Source: an uncultured Planctomycetaceae bacterium (GTDB taxonomy: Bacteria; Planctomycetota; Planctomycetia; Planctomycetales; Planctomycetaceae). From it: 64,000 bases of DNA. The translations under genes were made by a program, and so were the position numbers. The stretch covers positions 124,001-188,000 of the forward strand of contig CAXBME010000011.1 of assembly GCA_963976765.1 (NCBI GenBank), written 5' to 3'. Below the pieces are notes generated by a model. It had not been told where the DNA came from. It saw only the letters and a program-made list of their open reading frames with translations, and searched no databases. Numbering within the stretch: position 1 is the first letter of the stretch; every line of letters starts with the position of its first letter. This document shows positions 36,691 to 46,924 of the stretch, one piece after another.

Positions 36691-38352
36691 ATGACACTCG
36701 GCAGCATGGACGACTCGCCCAGCGACAGTCAGGAAGACTCGCACCGCGGACGCCTTTTTCAACGCGTTCGAATTGTCGGACTGCTGACCCTGCTCAGCCG
36801 GATTCTCGGACTCTTCCGTGACGCGGTTATGGTCGCCAGCTTTGGCAGCGGCGTCATCATGGACGCCTTCAGCATCGCCTTTCGCGTCCCCAATATGGCC
36901 CGCCAGATTTTCGGCGAAGGCGCCCTGTCGACGGCTTTCCTGCCCGTCTTCATTCAGGATATGGAGCAGCAGGGAAAACAGGCCGCCTTCCAGACCGCAA
37001 CAGGCATCCTCGCGGTAACCACAATCGGGTTATTCGCGATCGTCGCGATTGTCGAAATCGTTCTGCTCGGCACCGCCATGCTCGTGCCTTTGTCGTACGA
37101 AGCGACCCTGCTTCTGAACCTGACCGCAATGCTGACGCCTTACCTGCTGTTAATCTGTGTGCTCGCGCAGGCGTGCGCCGTTTTCCACGGGCTCCACATT
37201 TTTGGTATTCCGGCATTATTCCCCGTCCTGCTGAACGCGTTGTGGATCGCCGGAGCCTGGTCACTCGACCGCGCCATCGCGTCCGCCGAAACGAGAATCT
37301 ACCTCATCGCGGCCGGCATCGTTGGCATCGGGATCGTTCAGCTGGGACTGTGCATTCCGACGCTTCGCCAGATCGGATTCCGTTTCGACTGGAACTGGCC
37401 TGCCAGTCGCGCGCGAGTCAAAGTCGTCTTCGCCACGATGCTGCCCGTGCTGCTGGGACTTTCCATCACACAACTCAACACGCTTTGCGATAGCCTGATT
37501 GCCTGGAGCCTGACCGCCCCGACTGACCCAAACGCCGCTCGGTGGCTGGCTGAGTACCCTCTGACAGAAGGCACGGCGACAGCCATGTATCTCGGACAGA
37601 GGCTTTACCAGTTTCCCATCGGCGTGTTTGGAGTCGCACTGGGAACGGTCATCTATCCCCTGCTGACCGCTCATGCCGAGCGAGGCCAGACAGCGCTGTT
37701 TCGTGAGGATTTGGCAAAAGGACTCCGCATGGTCATTGCCATTGGAATCCCGGCCAGTGTCGGTTTGATTCTGATCGCGACGCCGCTGACACAGGTCATA
37801 TTTGAACGCCACGAATTCACGGCTGACGATACCGTACAAACTGCCGGCATGATTTCGGCTTACGGACTGGGAGCGTGGGCGGCCTGCGGACTGCTGATCA
37901 TCTCACGAGCGTTCTACGCGCTCGGAGACCGACAAACGCCGTTGAGAGTTGGACTGGTCGCGGTCGTCGTCAACCTCGTCGCCAACCTGACACTGGTCTG
38001 GATTTTTGCCGGCCCCGGACTTGCACTCGGAACATCGATCACGGCGATGTTTCAGGTTTTTGTTGCCGGCTGGATTCTTACGAGTCGGCTCGACAATTTT
38101 CCGTGGAAATCGATCGGCCTCGCGCTGCTTCGAACTTTCGTCGCGACGGCAGCGATGTCCGTCGCCTGCCTGGCAACGTCCCTTCAGGCATCACAGCTCG
38201 GTTTCGGAGGCCCATTCGCTGCCAAACTTATCTCGCTGTCCCTGCCGCTGGGAGCGGGCGCCGCAACTTTCCTGCTGATCGCAAAGCTGACGGGACTGAC
38301 CGAACCGTTCGACCTGCTGCAAAGAAACCGCCGCCGATCAGACTCCGTCTGA
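36691..38352 (+). CDS. murJ: Lipid II flippase MurJ (MviN)
   Basis: TLLSRILGLFRD, DAFSIAFRVPNMARQIFGEGALSTAFLPVF, RLYQFPIGVFG and RAFYALGDRQTP. Confidence 0.93.
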   Translation: MTLGSMDDSPSDSQEDSHRGRLFQRVRIVGLLTLLSRILGLFRDAVMVASFGSGVIMDAFSIAFRVPNMARQIFGEGALSTAFLPVFIQDMEQQGKQAAFQTATGILAVTTIGLFAIVAIVEIVLLGTAMLVPLSYEATLLLNLTAMLTPYLLLICVLAQACAVFHGLHIFGIPALFPVLLNALWIAGAWSLDRAIASAETRIYLIAAGIVGIGIVQLGLCIPTLRQIGFRFDWNWPASRARVKVVFATMLPVLLGLSITQLNTLCDSLIAWSLTAPTDPNAARWLAEYPLTEGTATAMYLGQRLYQFPIGVFGVALGTVIYPLLTAHAERGQTALFREDLAKGLRMVIAIGIPASVGLILIATPLTQVIFERHEFTADDTVQTAGMISAYGLGAWAACGLLIISRAFYALGDRQTPLRVGLVAVVVNLVANLTLVWIFAGPGLALGTSITAMFQVFVAGWILTSRLDNFPWKSIGLALLRTFVATAAMSVACLATSLQASQLGFGGPFAAKLISLSLPLGAGAATFLLIAKLTGLTEPFDLLQRNRRRSDSV

Positions 38353-38563
38353 CAGACTTCTGAATGGACGATCGACATTGCCGGCGCGCAAATTCGTCAG
38401 GAAAAACCTGACCTCCGTGAATCTACTGTTTCGTTGACGTAAAACTGCGGAGCAAAACTCACATTGCCGATCTTCTGAAGGATCAACTAAAAGATCATGT
38501 CCTGGGAACGGCCACAACCTCATCCCAGTCAACCTAACTCACCTGAAACGCCAAAGACTTCGA

Positions 38564-39784
38564 ATGGACTCGAAAGATCAGCGGCCGCGGCTGCTTTACA
38601 TCACGACGCACGGAAAAGCCGCTCTGGGCCTGATGCGAGGTCAGTTAGCAACCGTTCGGCAGCGAGGATTCGACGTGACGGTCGCGGCGTCCCCCTCGTG
38701 GGAGCTGGACGCCGTTACCGAACGCGAGGGCGTACCGACGATCCCGGTTCCAATGAACCGGGAAATCACGCCACTCCAGGACCTGGTAGCCCTGTTCCGA
38801 CTGGTCAAAGTCATGCAGCAGCTCCAGCCGGACATCGTCAACGCCGGTACTCCCAAAGCCGGCCTGCTGGGCATGATTGCCGCCAGAATCGCTAACGTCC
38901 CGGCTCGAATTTACGTGCTGCGAGGTCTCCGGCTGGAAACAACTTCCGGCCTGAAACGGCTCCTGCTGAAAACGACCGAGCGAATTGCTTCGGCGTGTGC
39001 GCACCAGGTAGTCTGCGTCAGCGAGAGCATGCGGCAGGTCTACGTCGACCAGAAACTCGCCCCTGCCTGGAAGTGCATGCTGCCTGGGCCTGGCTCTTCG
39101 AACGGCGTTGATGTTTCGCGGTTCGAGAAAACTGACGAACGTCTGAACGCGGCGAGGGACATCCGCCGGAAACTGCAAATTCCGATTGATGTTCCGGTGA
39201 TTGGATTCGTTGGACGCCTGACACGAGACAAAGGAATCGTCGAACTGGCCGACGCCTTTCGAACCGTTCAGAAATCTCATCCTGACGCCCGGCTGTTGCT
39301 CGTTGGCGAGTTCGAATCAGGCGACCCGGTTCCGCAGGAGACGATCGACTGGCTCCGGTCAAACCCTGCCGTTTGCGTCGCTGGATTCTCGAAGGATCCT
39401 TCCGATTTTTACAGTGTGATGGATCTGCTGGCGTTTCCGTCGTACCGCGAAGGCTTCCCAAACGTCCCGCTCGAAGCCGCCGCCGCCAGCATTCCCGTCG
39501 TCGGATTTGCCGCGACTGGAACTGTGGACGCAGTCGTCAACGGCAGGACCGGGACACTTGTCCCGATCGGTGATGTCGCGGCGCTGGCGAATGCAATTTC
39601 AGAATACCTCAGCAACGATCTGTTACGTTTTCAGCATGGGCGAGCCGGACACCAACGAGCCAGCACGGAATTTCCCAACGAAGTCGTTTGGGATGCGATG
39701 TGCAATCTCTACACTTCGATGCTCCCAACGGATCGGCAGCCAGCCCCGGCATCAGACAAATCTTCCATCAGGCGAGCTGCGTAG
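38564..39784 (+). CDS. Glycosyltransferase family 4
   Basis: TPKAGLLG, GFVGRLTRDKGI and PSYREGFPNVPLEA (EX7E motif). Confidence 0.92.
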   Translation: MDSKDQRPRLLYITTHGKAALGLMRGQLATVRQRGFDVTVAASPSWELDAVTEREGVPTIPVPMNREITPLQDLVALFRLVKVMQQLQPDIVNAGTPKAGLLGMIAARIANVPARIYVLRGLRLETTSGLKRLLLKTTERIASACAHQVVCVSESMRQVYVDQKLAPAWKCMLPGPGSSNGVDVSRFEKTDERLNAARDIRRKLQIPIDVPVIGFVGRLTRDKGIVELADAFRTVQKSHPDARLLLVGEFESGDPVPQETIDWLRSNPAVCVAGFSKDPSDFYSVMDLLAFPSYREGFPNVPLEAAAASIPVVGFAATGTVDAVVNGRTGTLVPIGDVAALANAISEYLSNDLLRFQHGRAGHQRASTEFPNEVVWDAMCNLYTSMLPTDRQPAPASDKSSIRRAA

Positions 39785-39786
39785 CA

Positions 39787-40491
39787 ATGAGCCCTAAAGA
39801 CGAATATTGCCAGAAGTACCAACTGACGTTTCAGCCGAAACGGTCAGCCTATCGCTCGTTCGCGAAGCGGCTGTTCGATCTTGCGATCATCCTGCCAATC
39901 TTTCTGGCCATCCTTCCCGTCCTGCTGATTACCGCAGTTCTGATCAAGCTCGACTCGCGAGGGCCGGTGTTCTTCCTGCAGGAACGGCTCGGTCGCTATG
40001 GCAAGACATTCATGACTTACAAATTCCGCACGATGACTCACCGCAATCGCGAAGCCACGTCGGAAATTCTCCCCGGACACAGCGAAGTCACTCGAATCGG
40101 CAACTGGCTGAGACGATTTAAGATCGACGAGTTGCCGCAGCTTCTGAACATTGTTAACGGAGACATGTCTCTGGTTGGCCCTCGCCCTGCCCTCCCCGAC
40201 CACATCAGTGATTACGACGAAGCTGGCCTGCGACGCCTGCTCGAACGCCCCGGTCTGACGGGCCTTTCTCAGGTCAGCGGCAACATCTATCTGAGCTGGC
40301 CGGACCGCTGGTTTTACGATGCTCATTACGTCAACAGTCTGTCACTTCTGAAAGACGTGTCCATTATCGTGAAAACTGTCGCCGTTGTTCTGCTCGGCGA
40401 AGAACGCTTCCTGAAGAAACCCAACGCCGGGACCGAGCCATCGTCAGAAGCGGGTTCCCTTGAAGTCGAACGTCAGCGCAGCGCGGCCTGA
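39787..40491 (+). CDS. Undecaprenyl-phosphate phosphoglycosyltransferase (small PglC-like sugar transferase)
   Basis: KRLFDL, FFLQERLG, KFRTM and IDELPQLLNIVNGDMSLVGPRP. ATG 39787 lies 2 nt after the GT4 stop. Confidence 0.92.
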   Translation: MSPKDEYCQKYQLTFQPKRSAYRSFAKRLFDLAIILPIFLAILPVLLITAVLIKLDSRGPVFFLQERLGRYGKTFMTYKFRTMTHRNREATSEILPGHSEVTRIGNWLRRFKIDELPQLLNIVNGDMSLVGPRPALPDHISDYDEAGLRRLLERPGLTGLSQVSGNIYLSWPDRWFYDAHYVNSLSLLKDVSIIVKTVAVVLLGEERFLKKPNAGTEPSSEAGSLEVERQRSAA

Positions 40492-40562
40492 ATGACCGAT
40501 TGATAAAAGCCGCCCCGCCGGGAAAACGCAAAACCACAGATGCTCTGACGAAGATTTCATTC

Positions 40563-41198
40563 ATGCCTGGTGATCAACACACAGCGATCTATCTGATTCG
40601 TCACGGAGCAACGGCGTCGAACGAACAGTCTCCGCCAATCCTGCAAGGCTCGCGCGTTGACTCAGAGTTGAGCGAACGGGGCCGGCGTCAGGCGGAGACG
40701 ACTGGAAAACTGCTGGCGAACGTTCGGCTGGACGCCGTATTCAGCAGCCCGATGACTCGTGCAGTGACGACTGCCGAAGCGATTGCGAAACCGCATGGAC
40801 TGAGCGTTTCAACAATTCAAGACCTGCACGAAGTCGACGTCGGACAGTGGGAAGGTCTCGACTGGGGTACGATTTCCGAGCATACGCCGGACGATTACCA
40901 CCGATTTATGGAAGACTCCGGCACCCACGGGTACCTCGGCGGAGAATCCTATCAGGATGTCCTCGACCGAATCCTGCCGCGAATCGAACAGCTCATTGCC
41001 AGCAACGAGGGTCAGCACATGGCAGTCGTCGCTCACAAAGCCGTCAACCGCTCGCTACTCGCAAAACTCCTGGGCCTTGAATTGCGTCAGGCGAAGAATC
41101 TCCCTCAGGACAACTGCTGTGTGAATGTCATCACAGCTCGCGGCGGCAAACTGAAACTCAAAACGATGAACTCATCATTGCACCTTTCGCCTCGGTGA
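40563..41198 (+). CDS. Histidine phosphatase (phosphoglycerate mutase family)
   Basis: LIRHGAT, SSPMTRA, LHEVDVGQWEG, GES and VVAH. Confidence 0.9.
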   Translation: MPGDQHTAIYLIRHGATASNEQSPPILQGSRVDSELSERGRRQAETTGKLLANVRLDAVFSSPMTRAVTTAEAIAKPHGLSVSTIQDLHEVDVGQWEGLDWGTISEHTPDDYHRFMEDSGTHGYLGGESYQDVLDRILPRIEQLIASNEGQHMAVVAHKAVNRSLLAKLLGLELRQAKNLPQDNCCVNVITARGGKLKLKTMNSSLHLSPR

Positions 41199-41237
41199 AA
41201 AGGGCGCCGCATCATCAGTGCGTTGTGAAGCTCAGAG

Positions 41238-41849
41238 TCAGGAATTCGGAGCAGAGTCGCCGTCCTTTTTCTGGCCGCGACGTGACCGACGCCGACGGTT
41301 GGGGCGCTTACCGCGTTTCTTTCCGCCCGAATCAGATTCAGAGCCCGTGGCTTTGCCTTCCTCTGCGGACGTCGCCGCAGCCGCCTGCTCACCTGCCGGT
41401 TGCTCTTTTTTCACTGGCTCGGCGGCAACATCGCCTACTTCCAGGCCTGCCCCAAAGGAGTCTGCACCGTCCGCGTTGTCGCTTACTGAGTCGACTGGTC
41501 GTGCGGCAGCTTCAGCAGCCGGCAACGATGGCGTTTCCGTCACCGAATCATCGTCAGGAATCTTCGCCGGCTGAGCATCAGTCGTCGCTGCGACCGAATC
41601 TCCCGTCGGCGAAGAATCTTCCTCCGGCGGCTGTGGGACTCCTGGTTTGTCAGCATCCAGTTCGCTGTATTCAACTTCGAACGGCGGCGGTTGCGGGCCG
41701 GGCTCAACGAGCTTCATCCAGGTTCCATGATTTCGGCACATGCACCGCACGGAAACCTGATCGATCGGCGCACGCCGAGTGCGATTGCAGGCCGGGCAGT
41801 TCCAGTACCGGCGGACATCGTATCTGACTTTTAAACCTGGACCTTTAAT
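41238..41849 (-). CDS. Hypothetical protein with N-terminal zinc ribbon, acidic linker and Arg-rich tail; probable ATT start
   Basis: The frame extends upstream of the track start as IKGPGLKVRYDVRRYWNCPACNRTRRAPIDQVSVRCMC. An in-frame TAA lies at 41865-41867, and GGGAG lies 7 nt before ATT 41849. Confidence 0.7.
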   Translation of the reverse strand: MKGPGLKVRYDVRRYWNCPACNRTRRAPIDQVSVRCMCRNHGTWMKLVEPGPQPPPFEVEYSELDADKPGVPQPPEEDSSPTGDSVAATTDAQPAKIPDDDSVTETPSLPAAEAAARPVDSVSDNADGADSFGAGLEVGDVAAEPVKKEQPAGEQAAAATSAEEGKATGSESDSGGKKRGKRPNRRRRSRRGQKKDGDSAPNS

Positions 41850-42165
41850 TGTCCTGCTCCCGTCTTATGTGAATTTTCCTGCGGACCGCCAACAGCCTCG
41901 CGCCGTATGCTTCCAGTCGACCTTCGCGCGATGGCCTTCTACCAAATCCGCAGATTGAATTATCCTGTCCCACCGCCAAGGCCCAGGGGGCGCACGTTGA
42001 TTCAAGAATCACAACCCAGGCATGAGCAAGGATGACTGGGGACGCCCCGTTTGATGCCTCGCTGAGCTGCAAACTCTAACGCCGGGCGTGCCCGCTGAGA
42101 ATCATCGCCGGTTGCAGCGGCCACTCTGACTGACGAGTTTCAATTTCCAACCGGACTACTACTTC

Positions 42166-43125
42166 ATGCCATTGATTGAAAAAGCAGACCTTAAAACAGC
42201 ACTTTGCGGCCTGATGATGGGAGCCGCCGATATCGTCCCCGGCGTATCGGGCGGGACCGTCGCTCTGGTGCTGGGAATTTACAACCGACTGGTTTCTGCC
42301 ATCAGCCGGTTTGATCGTCAGGCACTGGGGATGCTCGCTGAAAAGCGCTGGTCAACCGCCGCTGAACACATCGAACTCAGATTTGTCATCGCTCTGGGCT
42401 GCGGAATCGTGACCGGCATCGGCGGACTGTCGTTCCTTATGAAAAAGCTGCTGGACGATCACCTGCAACCGACATACGCCGTTTTCTTCGGGTTGATCCT
42501 TGGTTCCGGCGTGCTTGTCGCTCGGGGAGTCCCCCGGTGGAATCCCGGCAACGTTGCGGCGTTAATTGCCGGAGCCTTCGTCGCCTGGATGGTCGTTGGC
42601 CTGGACGCTCTGCAATCGCCGCCCGACGCATTGTGGTACCTGTTTTTCTGCGGCACCATCGGTATCTGTGCGATGATCCTGCCAGGGATCAGCGGTGCGT
42701 TCATTCTGCTGATTCTTGGGCGGTACTCTCACGTCACGGGCCTCATCCGCAGCATTCTGAAAGGCGAGTGGTCCGTTCAGGCGTTTCTGGAAGTCGGCAT
42801 CTTCTGCGGCGGATGCCTGTTCGGCCTGCTGGCGTTCAGTCGAGTTCTTCGCTGGCTGCTCTCGCGACACGCGACCGTCACCATGGCGACGCTGTGCGGC
42901 CTGATGCTCGGCTCGCTGCGAAAGCTCTGGCCGTTCAAACTCGAACTCTCACCGCCAGGAACCGAATTCAAGTTAAAGCAGTTTGAGAATATCACGCCCG
43001 ATTTTTCCAGCAGCTCAACGCTCGTCACCATCGGCCTGACAGTTGTTGCCACCGTTGCCGTTTTGTCACTTGAGGCGATCGCTCGAAAACGACAACCGGC
43101 GACCAACTCGGAAACAGCCGCCTGA
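42166..43125 (+). CDS. DUF368 family membrane protein (undecaprenyl-phosphate translocase family)
   Basis: Repeated family motifs GAADIVPGVSGGTVALVLGIY and AMILPGISGAFILLILGRY; GSLRKLWPF. Confidence 0.92.
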   Translation: MPLIEKADLKTALCGLMMGAADIVPGVSGGTVALVLGIYNRLVSAISRFDRQALGMLAEKRWSTAAEHIELRFVIALGCGIVTGIGGLSFLMKKLLDDHLQPTYAVFFGLILGSGVLVARGVPRWNPGNVAALIAGAFVAWMVVGLDALQSPPDALWYLFFCGTIGICAMILPGISGAFILLILGRYSHVTGLIRSILKGEWSVQAFLEVGIFCGGCLFGLLAFSRVLRWLLSRHATVTMATLCGLMLGSLRKLWPFKLELSPPGTEFKLKQFENITPDFSSSSTLVTIGLTVVATVAVLSLEAIARKRQPATNSETAA

Positions 43126-43268
43126 TAACCACAACTCACGCCACAAGCGCGGCTGTTCTCTGATCTGACGAGCTGATATCCTTGCTGTCGTCTGAATTTG
43201 CAGAATTCTCAGCGGTCCAGACCGTCCCTTCGCAGTTTCATTTCCCTTTTAGAATACGGTGAGGAAGC

Positions 43269-45764
43269 ATGGACCTCCCTTCCTGTCCTTCCTGTGGTCA
43301 GTCTGTTCTCGACGAAGACGCCGAAGATTGCCCGTTCTGCGGCGTTTCGATGTCCGCAAAACCCAGCGTCAAGTCGAAAGGCCCGGCAGCTCCGTCGGGC
43401 AAGTCTCCCGCCAGGGCTGGCAGTTCCCAAAGGAATAAAGCCAGCGCGGCCAAACCTGAAAAGCCGGCAAGCGACGATCCGTTCGATGTTGCTTCGCCGA
43501 CCACTCGTAAGGCTGTCCAGCTTCAGCCAAAACCGACAAAAGGCAAGCTGCATCGCATCGTCTGTCCGATGTGCGAAACCGCCGGCTTCCAGTCGAAGAA
43601 AGCAGCGGGGCGGGAAGTTCGTTGCGCCAACCAGGACTGCCTCGTCCCGATTTTCACGGCTCCCCCTGACGAAGGAGCTGAAGAAGCCAAAGCGGCGGCC
43701 GCAGCCGCCGAAGCAGACGCGCTGGCTGCTGAATCCGCGTCAAAAGGACTGTCGATTGGAGCTTACATTGGTATCGCCGTCGTATCGGCCGCGGTTCTTG
43801 GCGGCGGAGCGTTCTATTTCACATCCGGTCCCGCCGTCAAAGAACTGACTCCCGAAGAACAGCTGGCTCTCAAACTCGGTAACAATCCGTCGCGACCGGC
43901 AGCTCCCATTTCGACTCCGGGCAACACGGAACCAGCCGAACCTGATGAACCGACAGTTCCGAAAACGCCTAATGGCCCGCCAGTTGCCGAAATGCTCGAC
44001 ACATCACTGAATCTGATGTCGCATACTTCGCTGCAGAGAGACCGAAATCAACGGAAGCCGTTCTGCCGCCGACTGACAGCAGAAGCCTATGCCATTGCTG
44101 GAGACTTCGCCGCGGTCGAACAGCAGCTGACTCAGCTCGATAAAGTAGGAGCCAACCTCACGTATTACCGAATTCTTCCGCTGGTCCAGGTCGCCTGGAA
44201 ACATCTGGAAACAGGCAACACAGCAGGCGCGAAACAAGCGGTCGACAGTGCATTGCCGCTGGTTCGTGATCTTCCAACATTCGGAACGGACGCAACGGAC
44301 ACCGTCACAGAATTGTCTGCTGTTCTGGTCGCGATCGATCGTGCCCCAGAAGCCATCGCACTGCTCGAAAAACGTAATGACGCCGGACCATTGGGACAGT
44401 TTCTGGAATCGCGAGCACGTTCAGAGTCAATCCGCAATCTCCCATTCGATCAGGCAGTTTCCATGCGTCCGGTCACCGGTTGGTCAGCTCCCCAATGGGT
44501 TGCCGTGACCGTATCGTTGACCGCTCGTGGCCTGTCTGACAAAGCAGTCGCGTTCGCCAGACAGGCCCCGGATCAGTCGGCTGTTGAAGACTGTCTGTCC
44601 GGATGGGCTGAAACGTCGTTACTGCTCGCTGGTGATGACAAGCCGCTCAGCACAATCGACACTCAGTTTGCGTCGCTGGACAAAACGGCTCAGGCAAAGC
44701 TTCAAAGCCGTTGCGCATTAACGCTGCACGGACTGGGTAAAGTCGAACAGGCAGCAGCACCGCTTGAAAAAGCACGACAACTGATTGGGGCAGCCGAGAC
44801 GGCATTCACAATTGATCTGCAAGCACTGAAAGAGAGTGCCGATCTGGAACTTCCAGTCGTTCTGCCGATTCAACGGAAGGCTCTCGCTGCCGCCGAGCTG
44901 GCTCATGCTGAGTCGGCACTTGGCGATTCCGTCGCCGCCTGGAAGTCGGTTCTGCTCGCAATGAATATCTGCCGAACAATGGCTCCGGCACTTTCGATCG
45001 CCGATGAACCGTTCAACGAAATCAAGCGGGAAGGCGAATCTGCGATCATCAGCGAACTGAAGGCGATCAAGAACCTGTTGACCGACGACGAAGCGCGAAG
45101 TGCTTACCAGAATTACCGAAACCGAGCTCGCCAGCTCCGCAGCGCCGCCGAAGCGCGGTTCACACTTCAGGAGCAGATCCTGACCGAAGTTCTTGATTGG
45201 GGATTTGCGGACCAGATCTGGGACGAAATTCAGAAACAGGCAGCCACATCGCCGACGGGCCTTGCTGGCGAACCGTGGTTCAAGACGAATCTGGCCAAAG
45301 CCATCTACAACGATTTCCGAGTCAGAAAACAAACCGAAAAGATGGCTGCCGTTGAAACCGCCGTCACAAAGCAGCAACTGAGCGAGCTCAAAGCGCCTCG
45401 AGGTGTGGCCCTGTTTCAAGCGTCAAACGGAGCAATGAGCAGCAAGCCTCAGACCGGAGCAAACATTCTCGCCAACTTCCTTCAGGTTCATAACGAAGAG
45501 GCCGACAAGCGATGGCAGCAGGAGACGATGTTGCGGCTGGTTTCCCGCCTGATCGCCGCAGGCCGACAGAAAGATGCCTTCCAGCTGGTAGCGGCGATTA
45601 AGGACGTCCAGACGCGCGAACTGGCTTACGAACTCGCCGGACAGGAAGCCACTGCCAAAGGATTTGTCGTCGAGGTCTTCAACTACGCCCGGACAACGGA
45701 CATCATTCCACCCGAAAAGATCGCACTGCTCCGCGGATTCGTCGGCCAGCTTCCGGCGAATTGA
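43269..45764 (+). CDS. Hypothetical membrane-anchored protein with N-terminal zinc fingers and a large helical-repeat domain
   Basis: CPSC...CPFC and CPMC...CANQDC; single TM IGAYIGIAVVSAAVLGGGAFYF; Ala/Leu-rich helical C-terminus. GAGG lies upstream of the ATG. Confidence 0.8.
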   Translation: MDLPSCPSCGQSVLDEDAEDCPFCGVSMSAKPSVKSKGPAAPSGKSPARAGSSQRNKASAAKPEKPASDDPFDVASPTTRKAVQLQPKPTKGKLHRIVCPMCETAGFQSKKAAGREVRCANQDCLVPIFTAPPDEGAEEAKAAAAAAEADALAAESASKGLSIGAYIGIAVVSAAVLGGGAFYFTSGPAVKELTPEEQLALKLGNNPSRPAAPISTPGNTEPAEPDEPTVPKTPNGPPVAEMLDTSLNLMSHTSLQRDRNQRKPFCRRLTAEAYAIAGDFAAVEQQLTQLDKVGANLTYYRILPLVQVAWKHLETGNTAGAKQAVDSALPLVRDLPTFGTDATDTVTELSAVLVAIDRAPEAIALLEKRNDAGPLGQFLESRARSESIRNLPFDQAVSMRPVTGWSAPQWVAVTVSLTARGLSDKAVAFARQAPDQSAVEDCLSGWAETSLLLAGDDKPLSTIDTQFASLDKTAQAKLQSRCALTLHGLGKVEQAAAPLEKARQLIGAAETAFTIDLQALKESADLELPVVLPIQRKALAAAELAHAESALGDSVAAWKSVLLAMNICRTMAPALSIADEPFNEIKREGESAIISELKAIKNLLTDDEARSAYQNYRNRARQLRSAAEARFTLQEQILTEVLDWGFADQIWDEIQKQAATSPTGLAGEPWFKTNLAKAIYNDFRVRKQTEKMAAVETAVTKQQLSELKAPRGVALFQASNGAMSSKPQTGANILANFLQVHNEEADKRWQQETMLRLVSRLIAAGRQKDAFQLVAAIKDVQTRELAYELAGQEATAKGFVVEVFNYARTTDIIPPEKIALLRGFVGQLPAN

Positions 45765-45787
45765 CCGACGACCGCTTACCGGATCGG

Positions 45788-46924
45788 CTACGACCGTTGC
45801 CACGTCACTCGGAACCGACCGCGCATCGCGTCAAACAACGCGGCAGCGGTCGTGACATTCAACGTCAGAAACATCGCCTGAATGCCGAAGATCGACGACG
45901 GTCGCCCGATTTTCTGGCAAAGCCACCCCGCGAAGGCTGAGTAGTAAAAACAGCCCTGCGCCAACAGGAGCAGCGAGTACGAAAGCTGGCTCATCAGCAG
46001 AACATTGGTAGCGGCAACTGTCAGCAACAGGAGCGGCGACACCAGCCTCAACAGTTTGTGCGACACGTATTCCAGCCAGATTGGATTTTTCCAGGGCAGC
46101 AGCCAGGCCGGATGATGGACGATCAACTGAGCGGCGCCAGCGATCGTTCGCCGTTTCCGAATTGCCTCTCGCCCAAGAGAGTCCGAAGGATCGTCCCACG
46201 CGATCGCTTTCCGCTCGAACACGCATTTCCACCCTTGGGTTACGGCAGTCATTGGAATCACGACGTCGTCGAGCAGCGTTGAATTCGGTATTGGTCGAAA
46301 CGCCACTCGCCTGATGGCGTACAACGCTCCGGTTGCTCCCGGCACGCTGCGAAACTGAGCTTCCGCCCGGCGAATCATTTTTTCATATCGCCAGTAGGCA
46401 CCAATGCCTCTTCCGGCTGTCGTGTCACTTGATGACGGTCGAAACATCAGCTCGCCGGAAACAACGCCGACTTTTTCGTCCGCAAAATTGGACAGCAGCT
46501 CTGGAATCGCATCGTCCGACAACATCTGGCGAGCGTCGCACAGAACGACGATCTCGCTTTGACATTGCGGAATCAGATCATTCAGCACAGCAGGTTTGCC
46601 GCGCCGGTCCGAGAATTCAACGAGCCGAATTCGTGAGTCGTTGACGGAGGCAAGGGCGGATGAAAGCTCATCTGTTGAACCGTCAGATCCAATCAGCACT
46701 TCGTCGATCAGACGAGCCTGCGACGAGTGCAGGAGTACAGAAAGTTTGTGGCGAACTCGCTCGGCTTCGTTGTGACAGGCGATAACCAGCGAAACTTTCT
46801 GATCGACAGAATGCCGTTCCCGGCGCATCGGACACAGTCGTGCCAGCACTTTCACCAGCAACGGATAGCCGATGTAAACGTAAACCAACCCGGCGAGACT
46901 AAACCAGAAGATGAATTCAATCAT
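45788..46924 (-). CDS. Glycosyltransferase family 2 (membrane-associated)
   Basis: IACHNEA, SDGSTD, GKPAVLN, GATGALYAIRR and LLDDVVIP; flanking TM segments. Confidence 0.92.
   Translation of the reverse strand: MIEFIFWFSLAGLVYVYIGYPLLVKVLARLCPMRRERHSVDQKVSLVIACHNEAERVRHKLSVLLHSSQARLIDEVLIGSDGSTDELSSALASVNDSRIRLVEFSDRRGKPAVLNDLIPQCQSEIVVLCDARQMLSDDAIPELLSNFADEKVGVVSGELMFRPSSSDTTAGRGIGAYWRYEKMIRRAEAQFRSVPGATGALYAIRRVAFRPIPNSTLLDDVVIPMTAVTQGWKCVFERKAIAWDDPSDSLGREAIRKRRTIAGAAQLIVHHPAWLLPWKNPIWLEYVSHKLLRLVSPLLLLTVAATNVLLMSQLSYSLLLLAQGCFYYSAFAGWLCQKIGRPSSIFGIQAMFLTLNVTTAAALFDAMRGRFRVTWQRS

Noticed and set aside
41845..42072. 75-aa minus-strand ORF, considered as a frameshifted 5' part of the zinc-ribbon gene
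   Set aside because: TTG start and no protein-like features. It lies in a divergent promoter region, and an SD-supported ATT start explains the downstream gene.
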